Virus record (IMG/VR): IMGVR_UViG_3300032087_006376
Span: 1 to 64,000 of that record
Strand: one strand, 5' to 3'
Length of the DNA: 64,000 nt
Origin: a virus
In this document: one piece after another, positions 28,866 to 39,125 of the stretch
Layout of the letters: each line of letters starts with the position of its first letter
Position numbering within the stretch: position 1 is the first letter of the stretch
Made by a program: the position numbers and the translations under genes
The notes under the pieces: model-generated
Told to the model about the DNA's origin: nothing
Database searches by the model: none
What the model saw: the letters and a program-made list of their open reading frames with translations, nothing else

Positions 28866-30383
28866 ATGATATACTCTTATGACCTCGAAACTCAACTTCT
28901 TGCAGGTCTAATAAAATACCCAGATAGGTATGCAGATATAGCTTCTCACATAACGGAGAAAGACTTTTGGTCGGAGTCTTCTAAAATAAATAGAACTATT
29001 TTTTCCGTACTCAAACAAGCTATTGAAAACGGAGATGAAATCGATGAAGTAGTTATAGCGCAAAGAGTTAAAGAATTTGGCATATCTTTTGACGATTCCT
29101 TAAATCCTTATGACCATATTGAATCTTTATCTTTAAGAAAAGTTTCAGCAGACTCAGTTGTAAGCATAGCTTCAGAGCTTAAAAAATATACCGTCCGAAG
29201 AGAAATAGCTCAATGCGGTGTTGATATAAGCAACAAAATGAGGGCGTTGCATAATGCCTCGTTTAATGAGATTATAGAAAAGTCTGATGAAATTTATAAC
29301 AATCAGATAAATTTATACGAGACAGGCACGGACCAACCTGAAAATATTTTCGATTCAATGGAAGAATTGATCGAAGAAAGAGGAGAAAATCCTATAGATG
29401 AGTTTGGATTTTCCGGTCCTCATCCAAAATTGCAAGATATGTACGGATCTCTCCTCAGGCCCGGTAACATCACTGTTATTGTTGCAAGGTCAGGTGTCGG
29501 TAAAACTCAGTTCTGCATAGATTTTGTAACAAAGACCTCCGAAAAATACCAAGTTCCGATTCTTCATTTTGATAATGGAGAAATGAGTAAGGAAGAACTG
29601 ATGTTTAGGCAGTGCGCATCAATGTCAGGAGTTCCTGTTTGGCTTCTTGAAAGCGGTAATTGGAGAAATAGCGGCAAAGAAATAGTCAGTAAAGTTAGAT
29701 CAGTTTGGAAAACTATAGCCAAAAAATATAAACATTTTTATTATTACAACATAGGAGGATTTAATGTGGATTCCCAAATAAGCATTTTAAAAAGATTTTA
29801 TTATGCTAAAGTCGGAAGAAACAATCCTTTAATATTTAGCTTTGATTATATAAAAACAACTAATGAAAATTCTTCCAACAAGAATGAATGGCAAGTAGTT
29901 GGAGAAATGGTTGATAAATATAAAAAATGTATTCAAAGAGATATTATGGGTGATTCAGGGCCTTGCGTATCTATGATCACTTCAGTTCAATCAAATAGAT
30001 CTGGAATCACCACAAACCGAAATGCAACAAATATTGTAGATGATGAGAGTATCGTTTCGCTTTCAGATAGAATTACTCAGTTTTCATCTCACATGTTTAT
30101 CTTGAGAAATAAAACAGCAGATGAGCTTCAATCTGAAAGAGGTTTTGGAACCCATAAACTAATAAACGTAAAAGCTAGACACCTAGGCAGAGATATAGCT
30201 GGAGCAGTAAACTTAGTTACAATGAATGATGGAACAGCTAGAAAAAATTTCGTTAATTTAGAGTGTAATAATTTCCATATAACTGAAAAGGGCGATTTAC
30301 GAGATATTGTCAATTCTCAAGATGCAAACTCAACAGTAGAAAATAGAAACAATGGAACCGAAGACATACCTGAATTGGACTGA
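28866..30383 (+). CDS. dnaB: DnaB-like replicative helicase
   Basis: ETQLLAGLI N-terminus; ARSGVGKT; DNGEMS; FDYIK; VQSNR; KARH. Confidence 0.85.
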   Translation: MIYSYDLETQLLAGLIKYPDRYADIASHITEKDFWSESSKINRTIFSVLKQAIENGDEIDEVVIAQRVKEFGISFDDSLNPYDHIESLSLRKVSADSVVSIASELKKYTVRREIAQCGVDISNKMRALHNASFNEIIEKSDEIYNNQINLYETGTDQPENIFDSMEELIEERGENPIDEFGFSGPHPKLQDMYGSLLRPGNITVIVARSGVGKTQFCIDFVTKTSEKYQVPILHFDNGEMSKEELMFRQCASMSGVPVWLLESGNWRNSGKEIVSKVRSVWKTIAKKYKHFYYYNIGGFNVDSQISILKRFYYAKVGRNNPLIFSFDYIKTTNENSSNKNEWQVVGEMVDKYKKCIQRDIMGDSGPCVSMITSVQSNRSGITTNRNATNIVDDESIVSLSDRITQFSSHMFILRNKTADELQSERGFGTHKLINVKARHLGRDIAGAVNLVTMNDGTARKNFVNLECNNFHITEKGDLRDIVNSQDANSTVENRNNGTEDIPELD

Positions 30384-31449
30384 AGATCAGTCTGACAAAA
30401 TAGAAGAAATACTTCTTGATTTAGGTTACGAACTTTCTGATAGAGGTAGGTATTGGCAAAGCACTGCAGCGTATAGAGATGGCGACAACAGAACAGCTTT
30501 ACAAATCTGGAAAAACACTGGTATTTGGAAAGATTTTGTCCAAGGAACTTCTTACATGCCCTTTAAAAAGCTACTAGAGCTTAGTTGTAAAGATGACAGT
30601 AAAGTAGAAAATATAATAACATCTTTAAAGTCGGATACTAATTCTTTCATACCTGTACACAAAGCGCCAAAAATGGAAACAGATCAGTTTTTTACTCACG
30701 ACGAAATAGGAGTGCTTTTGCCTCATTATGATTTTTACAATAAAAAATCCATAACAGACAAAACTCTTAAAATTTATCGTGCAGGATTTTCTATGTCCGG
30801 CAAAATGAATGGCAGGTTTGTTTTTCCCGTATATGACCCGAATGAAAAAGTCATAGGCTTAAGTGGTAGACATTTACTTTGGGACAAAAACTCTTCTATG
30901 CCTAAATGGAAACACTTAGGTCGCAAAACAAGATGGGTTTACCCATTTAATATTCCCGATTATAGCGATTTGTTTTATAAAAAAATTAATGAAACAAAAG
31001 AAGTCATACTTGTCGAAGGTATAGGTGACAGTTTAGCCCTTACAGAGCAAGGTTTTCATAATCATATGGTCATCTTTGGTTTAGACTTGAGCTCTAAACA
31101 GATATCACATCTTTTATCATTAGATTTAGAAAAAATCACTATCGCTACTAATAATGATTATGACAAAAGCAAAAACGCTGGCAGGGACGCAGCAATAAAA
31201 ATACTTGTTAAATTAATTAAGTATTTTGATCCGCAAAAAGTTCAAATAAAGTTGCCTTTGTTGAAGGATTTTGGAGAGATGCTTGAACAACAAGTTGAAA
31301 TACACAAGTGGGTTCAAAGGAAAATTAATCCACTCAAACAGGTATCTAAAATCTTAGAGAATAAAAGAAACATAAAAGATAAAAAATGTGTAAAAATATT
31401 AGAAGATTATTTAGAAAAGTTAAGTTTTGAATCAGACACTATCGGCTAG
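30352..31449 (+). CDS. DNA primase (Toprim)
   Basis: GRFVFPV...IGLSGR; LVEGIGD; ATNND; KDFG. Confidence 0.8.
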   Translation: MEPKTYLNWTEDQSDKIEEILLDLGYELSDRGRYWQSTAAYRDGDNRTALQIWKNTGIWKDFVQGTSYMPFKKLLELSCKDDSKVENIITSLKSDTNSFIPVHKAPKMETDQFFTHDEIGVLLPHYDFYNKKSITDKTLKIYRAGFSMSGKMNGRFVFPVYDPNEKVIGLSGRHLLWDKNSSMPKWKHLGRKTRWVYPFNIPDYSDLFYKKINETKEVILVEGIGDSLALTEQGFHNHMVIFGLDLSSKQISHLLSLDLEKITIATNNDYDKSKNAGRDAAIKILVKLIKYFDPQKVQIKLPLLKDFGEMLEQQVEIHKWVQRKINPLKQVSKILENKRNIKDKKCVKILEDYLEKLSFESDTIG

Positions 31450-32539
31450 TAAAATCAAAACCATGACTTCCTGCTCTTGGTTGTACTGGTGTAAATATCA
31501 TCTCAAACTTCCAGATAAAACTAATGATGGAGCTTTAAAGGGCAGTATTGTGCATTTAGTTTTAGAATGCCTTGGTAAAGACAGGCATAAAAAACATTAT
31601 GATTTAATATTAAAAGAAGGAACTGTTTGTGGATCTAGTGCCGTAGAGAGGTTAATTTATAAACACGCCAAATCTTCTAATTTATTAGAAAATCCATCTA
31701 ATTTAGAAGACATATATGACATGGCTTTTAGAGGTGTAGTTTACGATTTTTTTGGCAAAAAGATAGGCAGACCCACCGAAACCATTTCAGAAAAAGAATT
31801 TGAACTAGAAATTGAAGAAGATGATGTGAGGTATAAAGTTAAAGGCTTTATTGACAGATTGTTCATGTACAAAAGCAAAGGTATAGCTTTAATTAGAGAT
31901 TTTAAAACTAATAAAAAAGTATATGAAGGAAAAGAAGTCACAGATAATTTGCAAGATTACATTTATACTCTAGCTGTAAAAAAACTTTACCCTAAATATA
32001 AAGATGTTAAAATGGAGTTCGTATTCCTTAAAGCAATGCAGAGCTCACAGTCTTCTTCAGGAAAGTGGCAGATAGTTGGTTCATCTGATTCTGTGTTAAC
32101 AATGAGATCGAAAACCGAAGATGAACTTAAAGGTTTTGAATATGAATTAACTGACTTTCAGTCTTATGCTGAAAATTTTACTCAGGAAACAGCCACCTCT
32201 AGTTTAGCTTCTGAACAAGGTATGCCAAAAGATGGAAGTTTTAGTGGTCGCCTTTTGTGCGGGTTTGCCAAAAAACCAAATGAACTTAAAAAAGATGGTT
32301 CACCAAAGTGGTATTGTTCTTATAAATTTCCATTTGATTATTACTCAGTTATTGACGAAAAAAATCAAACTAAAAGATCTTTCTTTACGGAAAAAGAAGC
32401 TATTGAATATAAACAAAAAAAAGACAAGATATTAAAACTTCAGTACACTGGATGCCCCTCATTTAACAAGCCAGCCACACCTCCTCCATTCGAATGGTCT
32501 TCCGAAATAGACGATGAATTTGACCTTGACAAATTTTGA
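31427..32539 (+). CDS. PD-(D/E)xK exonuclease, RecB/AddB/Cas4-like
   Basis: LSASKI...C; GSIVH; KGFIDRL; IRDFKT; C-terminal Cys cluster (possible Fe-S staple). Confidence 0.75.
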   Translation: MNQTLSASKIKTMTSCSWLYWCKYHLKLPDKTNDGALKGSIVHLVLECLGKDRHKKHYDLILKEGTVCGSSAVERLIYKHAKSSNLLENPSNLEDIYDMAFRGVVYDFFGKKIGRPTETISEKEFELEIEEDDVRYKVKGFIDRLFMYKSKGIALIRDFKTNKKVYEGKEVTDNLQDYIYTLAVKKLYPKYKDVKMEFVFLKAMQSSQSSSGKWQIVGSSDSVLTMRSKTEDELKGFEYELTDFQSYAENFTQETATSSLASEQGMPKDGSFSGRLLCGFAKKPNELKKDGSPKWYCSYKFPFDYYSVIDEKNQTKRSFFTEKEAIEYKQKKDKILKLQYTGCPSFNKPATPPPFEWSSEIDDEFDLDKF

Positions 32540-32560
32540 TATTGATGTAATGTATTTAAC

Positions 32561-33316
32561 ATGCTAGCTTTGTTTAAAAGCCATTACTCTATAGGAAAAT
32601 CAATTTTAACTCTTAATGATCCGTCTAAAGTAAAAGATGGCGGATCTGATAGTGTTTTTCAAATAGCTTTAGAAAATAATTTATCAGAGGTAATTTTGGT
32701 AGAAGATTCTTTGATAGGTTTTTCTGAAGCTTATAAAAGATGCATAGAACATAACATAAAATTAGTTTTCGGCCTTAGACTTTCTATGCGAAACTCTAAA
32801 GAAGAAGCTGATGCCGAAAGCGAACATAAAATAATCATTTTTTCAAAAAACAACCAAGGGTGCAAACTCTTAAATCTAATTTATTCTAAAGCTTTCACAG
32901 AATTTGACGGCTACTTAACTTATGAAACTCTTGAAAAGATTTGGGATGATGCTCACTTAAAATTAGCAGTTCCGTTTTACGATTCATTTTTGTACACTAA
33001 TTTGTTAAAGTATGGCACTAACTCAATACCTAACTTTAATAAAATAAAACCTACTTTTTTTATTGAGTCTAACGGTTTAGCTTTTGACTCATTACTTAAA
33101 GATGAAGTTGTAGAATACGCCACCAAAAATAATTATTCTACAGAAAAAGTAAAATCAATTTATTATAAAAATAAAAAAGACGCCGAAGCGCTAATGACTT
33201 ATAAAATAATATGCAACAGATCATTTGGTAAAGCTAGAAGCTTATCAAGACCAGAGCTTGCGCATTTTTGCAGCAATGAATTTAGCTTCGAATCATGGAA
33301 AGAACAAAATGCTTAA
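32561..33316 (+). CDS. Stand-alone PHP domain of DNA polymerase III alpha
   Basis: KSHYSIGKS; LVED; FGLRL; IIIFSKNNQG.K.L..IYS.A matches the DnaE N-terminus. Confidence 0.75.
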   Translation: MLALFKSHYSIGKSILTLNDPSKVKDGGSDSVFQIALENNLSEVILVEDSLIGFSEAYKRCIEHNIKLVFGLRLSMRNSKEEADAESEHKIIIFSKNNQGCKLLNLIYSKAFTEFDGYLTYETLEKIWDDAHLKLAVPFYDSFLYTNLLKYGTNSIPNFNKIKPTFFIESNGLAFDSLLKDEVVEYATKNNYSTEKVKSIYYKNKKDAEALMTYKIICNRSFGKARSLSRPELAHFCSNEFSFESWKEQNA

Positions 33317-33941
33317 AGACGATAAAAAACAGAAATATATATGTTTCGATTTTGAAACTTGTAATTTAAACTTGCTTAGCCCAGACAATAAACCTTGGCA
33401 ATTAAGCTATATAATCGCACAAGGGTACAAGATCGTAAAAGAAAAAGATTGCTATATAAAATGGCCTGACTTAAAACTTTCAGAAGAAGCTAGAAAAATT
33501 ACTAGATTTGATGATAAAAAATACAATAGACTAGCTCAAGACCCTAAGAAAGTTTTAGAAGAATTTGAATCTTATTTATACGACAAAGATTACATTATAG
33601 TCGGCCAAAACCTTTTAGGTTTTGATGTTTACATCCACAACATATATAGAAAACTGTTAGGATTAGATTCAGATTTTTCTTATATAAATAGAATTTACGA
33701 TACTAACTGTGTAGCTAAAGCTATTAAAAAAGGAATGAAAACTCCCAGCAGTTTAGATAAGTTTATTCAATGGCAGTATAGGCTCAACGATTTCAGAGAA
33801 AGAAACTTAAGAACCAGCATAAAAGCTCAACTTAAGCAGTATAAAATAGATTTCGATGAAAACAAATTGCATGACTCCTTGTATGATGTTCAAATGAATT
33901 TGAAAATATTTCGCAAACAATTAATACAGATAGATTTATGA
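33309..33941 (+). CDS. DEDDh 3'-5' exonuclease (epsilon/PolC exo-like)
   Basis: FDFET; VGQN..GFD; HDSLYD. Start ATG 33309 overlaps the PHP stop. Confidence 0.85.
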   Translation: MLKDDKKQKYICFDFETCNLNLLSPDNKPWQLSYIIAQGYKIVKEKDCYIKWPDLKLSEEARKITRFDDKKYNRLAQDPKKVLEEFESYLYDKDYIIVGQNLLGFDVYIHNIYRKLLGLDSDFSYINRIYDTNCVAKAIKKGMKTPSSLDKFIQWQYRLNDFRERNLRTSIKAQLKQYKIDFDENKLHDSLYDVQMNLKIFRKQLIQIDL

Positions 33942-36502
33942 GTTTTTTAGATGATATAAAGCAATACGATAACGCAATGATGCCCGGAGTAAGATTGCCG
34001 AGCATCAAAATAGAAAACAAGTATTACAAAAAGCTCAATCTCGATAGTAATGTCGATAATTTTAATTTTTTAAAAGCTTTATGTTATTCTAAAATCACAA
34101 CTGCACAGTTTCAATCTGAAGAATATCAAAGCCGCCTCTCAATGGAGCTTGATATTTTTAAAGAGCTTGAGTTTGTTGATTATGTTTTACTTAATTGGGA
34201 CATTCTTAATTTTTGTCACGAAAATAAAATTCCAACTGGTCCGGGTAGAGGGAGTGCCGCAGGATCATTGGTTTTATTTCTAATTGGAGTCACTAAGGTT
34301 GACCCCATTAAGTACGGATTATTTTTCGAAAGATTTGTTTCTAGATCTAGAGCTAAAAAAATCATAAAAGATGGCATTACCTATCTAGAAGGATCCCTTC
34401 TCCCTGACGTTGACAATGATATTAGTTACGACAGAAGATCTGAGGTCATCGAGTATATCGAAAAAAAGCATTACGGAAAAACCGCTAAAATTTTAACGCT
34501 TAATACTCTTTCTAGTAAATTATGCATAAAAGAATGTGGAAAAATAGTAGGCGAATATTCTGAGTCTGAAGTTAATGAAGTAAGTGACTGTATTCCGAAA
34601 ATCTTTGGAAAAGTTATGCCTCTGGTTGACTCGTACAAAGAAAATGAAAAATTTAAAGAGTGGGTTGATTTAAATAAGAAAACTTTTGCTATAGCCAGAA
34701 AAATAGAAAGCTTAAACAAAAATACTGGAGTTCATCCGTCAGGTATTGCAATTTCATATTATGACATTCAAGAAATTTGTCCTTTACAAAAAACTAGTGA
34801 GGGAGATTTTGTCACTGGATATGATATGAATTACGTATCTGAGTTGATGGTTAAATTTGATGTTTTAGGCTTAAGAACTTTAACTGTAGTAGATAGAGTC
34901 TGTAAATCTCTAGGCATTGAGATGACCTCTATTGATGTGTCTGATAAAAATATTTACAAAAACTTCAAAGACCTAAAAACTCCTCAAGGTTTGTTTCAAA
35001 TTGAAGCTGACACTAATTACAGAGTTTGCAAAAAAGTAAGACCAAGAAATCTTGAAGAACTCAGTGCCGTAGTAGCTTTAGCTAGACCCGGAGCTTTAGA
35101 TTTTACAGATGAATATGCTTTATACACAAGCAGCGGTCAATTTGGGCTAGTTCATGATTTTTTTGAAGAGGAACTTTCTTACACTGCTGGAATTCCGCTA
35201 TATCAAGAGCAATTGATGAAGATGGCTGTAAAAATTGGATTTACTTTAGATGAAGCCGAGCAGCTTAGAAGAATAGTGGGTAAGAAAAAAGTTGATCAAA
35301 TGCCAGCTTGGAAGGAGAAAATTTCTAAAAAAATCTCAGAAAATAATTTGGATCCTAAAATAGGTGAAGTTTTATGGAAAGTTGCAGAAGATTCAGCTAA
35401 TTACAGCTTTAATAAATCTCATAGTATATCTTATGCCACACTTTCTGCTTGGACGGCGTATTTAAAGTTTAATTACCCTCAAGATTTTTATTTAGCATTA
35501 TTAGAATTATCAAAATACGAACCAGATTCTCATGCCGAAATAAGCAAGATATCTCAAGAGTTAGTTCATTTTGACATGCAATTGCTTTCTCCAGATTTGT
35601 CCAAATCATCTTTAGACTTTTCAAAAGAAGGAAACAACATAAGATTCGGTTTAAACGCCATTAAAGGCGTCTCAGAGAAAAGCTTACAGGCTTTAGAGAG
35701 CTTCAGAGGCTCCAACAAAGCTAATAAGTTTGAAACGTTTCTAGCAGCAAAAGAGGCTAAAATCAATATCGGGCTTTTATCTGCTTTAATTCAAGCTGGA
35801 ACTTTAGAATCTCCCGAAAATCGTTCTAGATCTGGACTGGTTATGGAAGCGCAAGTTTTCAATATATTAACAGATAAAGAAAAAGCTTACGCTTTGAGTG
35901 TTGCGGAAAAATATAACTTTGATATTTTACAAATCGTTTTTCAAGCGGCGTTCGACCCAGATAAACCTGACGCTAAAAGAAGTGACGGTAAACCGTTCAT
36001 GACTGAAAAAAGAAAAACCACTTTCAAGAAAAAATACAATGAGTATAAAAAAATCTATTCCCAAAATAAAGGTAATGAAGATTTTGCTAATTGGTATTTT
36101 GAAAATAAACTACTTGGCTACAACCCCTCAGTTAAATTAAAATCAGTATTTAAAGAAAGCCAGAGTAACTTTACAGATTGCTTACAATTAGACTCAGTAT
36201 TTAACGGAGACTCTGTTAAAATAGTAGCCATAGTAGAAGATGTTTATAAAAGTAAATCAAGAAAATCTAATTCTACTTTTTATAAATTCCAAGTTAGCGA
36301 TGAATCAGGGCGCACGAACGCTTTGTTCATGGATAGCCCTAAAGTTAAGAGGTTAACTAACTACATAGAAAAAGGTAATAAGATTCCAGAAAAAGAAGAC
36401 ATTATAGTCTTTACAGGCAAAAAAGGAGATGATATAGTTTGGGTAGATAACATAAATATTTTAGAAAATAAAATATACATGAAGTTATCAGATGTGGAAT
36501 GA
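33938..36502 (+). CDS. dnaE: DNA polymerase III alpha catalytic subunit lacking PHP
   Basis: GPGRGSAAGSLV; FERF; PDVDND; HPSG; KFDVLGLRTL; YQEQ; FNKSHS..YA; IRFGL.AIKGV; C-terminal OB fold. Confidence 0.92.
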   Translation: MSFLDDIKQYDNAMMPGVRLPSIKIENKYYKKLNLDSNVDNFNFLKALCYSKITTAQFQSEEYQSRLSMELDIFKELEFVDYVLLNWDILNFCHENKIPTGPGRGSAAGSLVLFLIGVTKVDPIKYGLFFERFVSRSRAKKIIKDGITYLEGSLLPDVDNDISYDRRSEVIEYIEKKHYGKTAKILTLNTLSSKLCIKECGKIVGEYSESEVNEVSDCIPKIFGKVMPLVDSYKENEKFKEWVDLNKKTFAIARKIESLNKNTGVHPSGIAISYYDIQEICPLQKTSEGDFVTGYDMNYVSELMVKFDVLGLRTLTVVDRVCKSLGIEMTSIDVSDKNIYKNFKDLKTPQGLFQIEADTNYRVCKKVRPRNLEELSAVVALARPGALDFTDEYALYTSSGQFGLVHDFFEEELSYTAGIPLYQEQLMKMAVKIGFTLDEAEQLRRIVGKKKVDQMPAWKEKISKKISENNLDPKIGEVLWKVAEDSANYSFNKSHSISYATLSAWTAYLKFNYPQDFYLALLELSKYEPDSHAEISKISQELVHFDMQLLSPDLSKSSLDFSKEGNNIRFGLNAIKGVSEKSLQALESFRGSNKANKFETFLAAKEAKINIGLLSALIQAGTLESPENRSRSGLVMEAQVFNILTDKEKAYALSVAEKYNFDILQIVFQAAFDPDKPDAKRSDGKPFMTEKRKTTFKKKYNEYKKIYSQNKGNEDFANWYFENKLLGYNPSVKLKSVFKESQSNFTDCLQLDSVFNGDSVKIVAIVEDVYKSKSRKSNSTFYKFQVSDESGRTNALFMDSPKVKRLTNYIEKGNKIPEKEDIIVFTGKKGDDIVWVDNINILENKIYMKLSDVE

Positions 36503-38916
36503 AAAATTATAATTTAACTCCTAGAGCTCAAAAATTAATTAAAGAAGCTCATAAAATAGCTACAGATCTTGAGTATTATCAATTAAATAATGTTCACTTG
36601 CTGTTAGCTTTTTTAAAAATTCCAAACAATCAAATTTTAGACGCTTTTGACCAATTCGAAGTGAGCTATGATCTCGTTGAGAAGGCTTGTCTTTTTACTT
36701 TAAATAAACCCAAGCTTAGAAATAGCCAATCAGCTTCTAGATCCAAGCTGTCTTCCATCACTAGAAAAGTTTTTTCTTCTGCTAAACAATTATCAAACAA
36801 GTATGATCATAAATATATAGGATTAGAGCATATATTTTTGTCGCTGTTTGGTGAAACAGACATCTTTTTAAGAGATGTAATAGCTAACTTGCAAATTAAT
36901 TACGACGCTATATTTGATTATGTCGAAAGAAAGCTAGAAGAAAGTGATTTATTGCCTTCTTCAATTTACGAAGAAGAAGCTGATGAAGAGCAGGATCAAA
37001 AAAAATCTCAATTTAATCCCAAGAATTATAAGTTTTTAAATGAATATGCTACTAATTTAAATTCTCAAGTCATACAAGGAAAAATAACCTCTCTCCATAT
37101 TAACAAAAGTCTAATAAAAAAGATTTCTGAAGTTCTTTGTAGAAAAAATAAAAATAACCCATTAGTTGTTGGAGAAGCTGGCGTAGGAAAAACTGCATTA
37201 GTAGAATCTTTAGCGCAAGCAATTGTAGATGGAGAATGTTCTGATTTCTTAGTAATGAAACATATTTACAATTTAGACGTTCCGATGATTATCGCCGGTT
37301 GTAAATATAGAGGAGAGTTTGAAGAAAAGATTAAAAATATTTTAAAAGAAATTGTAAACGATCCATTCATCGTGTTGTTTATTGATGAAATTCATACGAT
37401 AATCGGAGCAGGTAACCCGGAAAACGGCATGGATGTCGCAAACATTCTTAAACCTTATTTAGCTAGAGGCGAAATTAGCTGCATAGGGGCGACAACTTTC
37501 GACGAATATAAACGCACTATTGAGGGAGACCCAGCTTTATCTAGAAGGTTTCAAATGATAAAGATGGAAGAACCTACGAAAAAAGAAGTTTTTCAGTTAA
37601 TTAAAAATATTAAAAATTCTTATGAAGATTTTCATTTAATGAATTTCTCAGATGAAACAATAAAATTCACAATCGACGTAGCTGATAAATATCTAGAAGG
37701 CAGATTCCCAGATAAAGCCTTAGATATCATAGATCAAGTTGGAGCTAAAACAAAACTTAAAAATTTTACAAAAACTCCAGAAATGATTTCTATTGAAGAA
37801 AAAATAAAAGATCTTTCATCAAAGCAAGATAAGCTAGCTAAAAACACATTCCTTAAAAGAATGAATTCTTTGATAAAAAAATATCAAACTATAACTGAAA
37901 AACTTTTTAACAAATGGAAAGATTCTAGATACAGAATTAAACAGGCAGATATCTTAGAAGTTGTATCAGATAAAACTAACATTCCAATTTCAGACTTAAA
38001 AAAACAAGACTCTAAAAAAATAAAAGACCTTAGAGATTCATTGAAGACTGAAGTTTTAGGTCAAACAGATCAAATAGATCAAATATACAAATGTTTACTA
38101 AGGGCAAAAGCTGGCTTTAGGAACGATAAAAAACCAGTATCATCATTACTTTTAGCTGGTCCGACAGGTGTCGGCAAAACCATGACTGCAAAAATTATTG
38201 CCAACAGCTTATTCCCGAATAAAAACAACTTTATATTTTTAGATTTAACAGAATACACAGACCAAACAGCCGTCAATAAATTAATTGGATCTAGCCCGGG
38301 TTATATCGGCTACGGCAAAGGAGGCATACTAACTGAAAAAGTTTCTAGAAACCCATACTCTTTAATTCTTTTCGACGAAATCCAAAAAGCTCACAAAGAT
38401 GTATTATATTTACTGCTTCAAATACTTGAAGAGGGAAAGATATCAGATTCTTTAGGTAAAGAAGTTGATTTTTCCAATTCCATAGTAGTGATGACAACAA
38501 ACATAGGATCAGATATAGCTAATTCCTCTGTTATTGGTTTCAACAAAGAAAACTCTAATATATCTAACGATATCGTAAACTCTGTCAAAAAACATTTTCC
38601 AGCAGATCTATTAAACAGAATAGACGAAGTAATACCCTTTAGCCCCCTAAAAGAAGATCATATTAAGAGTATTATAATCAAGAACTTAGATAAATTTAAA
38701 ACTGAAATGAAAAACAAAAATCTTTCTTTAAATTACTCTAGTAAAATTCTTGATTATGTTTATAAAAAAATACAATTCAATAATTTTGGAGCTAGGCAAG
38801 TTTTAAAAACAGTGCAGAGAGAAATTCAAACTTTAGTTGCTGAAAAAATACTAGATAATCCAAAAACTTCTGAATTAAAAATGTGTGTCAAAAACAATAA
38901 AATATGTGTAATATAA
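36499..38916 (+). CDS. ClpA/ClpC-like Hsp100 AAA+ chaperone
   Basis: Clp N-domain; GEAGVGKT; FIDEIH; GATT..EY; GPTGVGKT; DEIQKAH; GAR. Confidence 0.92.
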   Translation: MKNYNLTPRAQKLIKEAHKIATDLEYYQLNNVHLLLAFLKIPNNQILDAFDQFEVSYDLVEKACLFTLNKPKLRNSQSASRSKLSSITRKVFSSAKQLSNKYDHKYIGLEHIFLSLFGETDIFLRDVIANLQINYDAIFDYVERKLEESDLLPSSIYEEEADEEQDQKKSQFNPKNYKFLNEYATNLNSQVIQGKITSLHINKSLIKKISEVLCRKNKNNPLVVGEAGVGKTALVESLAQAIVDGECSDFLVMKHIYNLDVPMIIAGCKYRGEFEEKIKNILKEIVNDPFIVLFIDEIHTIIGAGNPENGMDVANILKPYLARGEISCIGATTFDEYKRTIEGDPALSRRFQMIKMEEPTKKEVFQLIKNIKNSYEDFHLMNFSDETIKFTIDVADKYLEGRFPDKALDIIDQVGAKTKLKNFTKTPEMISIEEKIKDLSSKQDKLAKNTFLKRMNSLIKKYQTITEKLFNKWKDSRYRIKQADILEVVSDKTNIPISDLKKQDSKKIKDLRDSLKTEVLGQTDQIDQIYKCLLRAKAGFRNDKKPVSSLLLAGPTGVGKTMTAKIIANSLFPNKNNFIFLDLTEYTDQTAVNKLIGSSPGYIGYGKGGILTEKVSRNPYSLILFDEIQKAHKDVLYLLLQILEEGKISDSLGKEVDFSNSIVVMTTNIGSDIANSSVIGFNKENSNISNDIVNSVKKHFPADLLNRIDEVIPFSPLKEDHIKSIIIKNLDKFKTEMKNKNLSLNYSSKILDYVYKKIQFNNFGARQVLKTVQREIQTLVAEKILDNPKTSELKMCVKNNKICVI
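38906..38911 (+). promoter_or_regulatory. GTGTA(A/T) phage promoter-like motif
   Basis: GTGTAA 9 nt before ATG 38921. Confidence 0.6.
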
Positions 38917-38920
38917 GTAT

Positions 38921-39124
38921 ATGCCTTTACCTAAACCAAGGAAAAGAGAATCTCGACAAGAATTCGTCAGCAGATGTATGAGTGACGATATGATGACTAG
39001 TGAGTACAAAGAGCAAAAACAGCGTGTTGCAGTTTGTTTAACTCAGTTTCAAAATATTCAAAAATCCAAAGGTGAAGCTAGCTGGGATGATGTCCGTAAA
39101 GGAAATATATTAGGATTATTATAA
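38921..39124 (+). CDS. Small hypothetical phage protein
   Basis: MPLPKP...EFVSRCM...QRVAVC pattern common in phages. Confidence 0.65.
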   Translation: MPLPKPRKRESRQEFVSRCMSDDMMTSEYKEQKQRVAVCLTQFQNIQKSKGEASWDDVRKGNILGLL

Positions 39125-39125
39125 T

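Noticed and set aside
22457-36502. Inteins or introns in nrdJ, recA, dnaB, dnaE
   Set aside because: Lengths are normal and I saw no splice or LAGLIDADG motifs. The dnaE split has coupled start/stop overlaps, not intron features.
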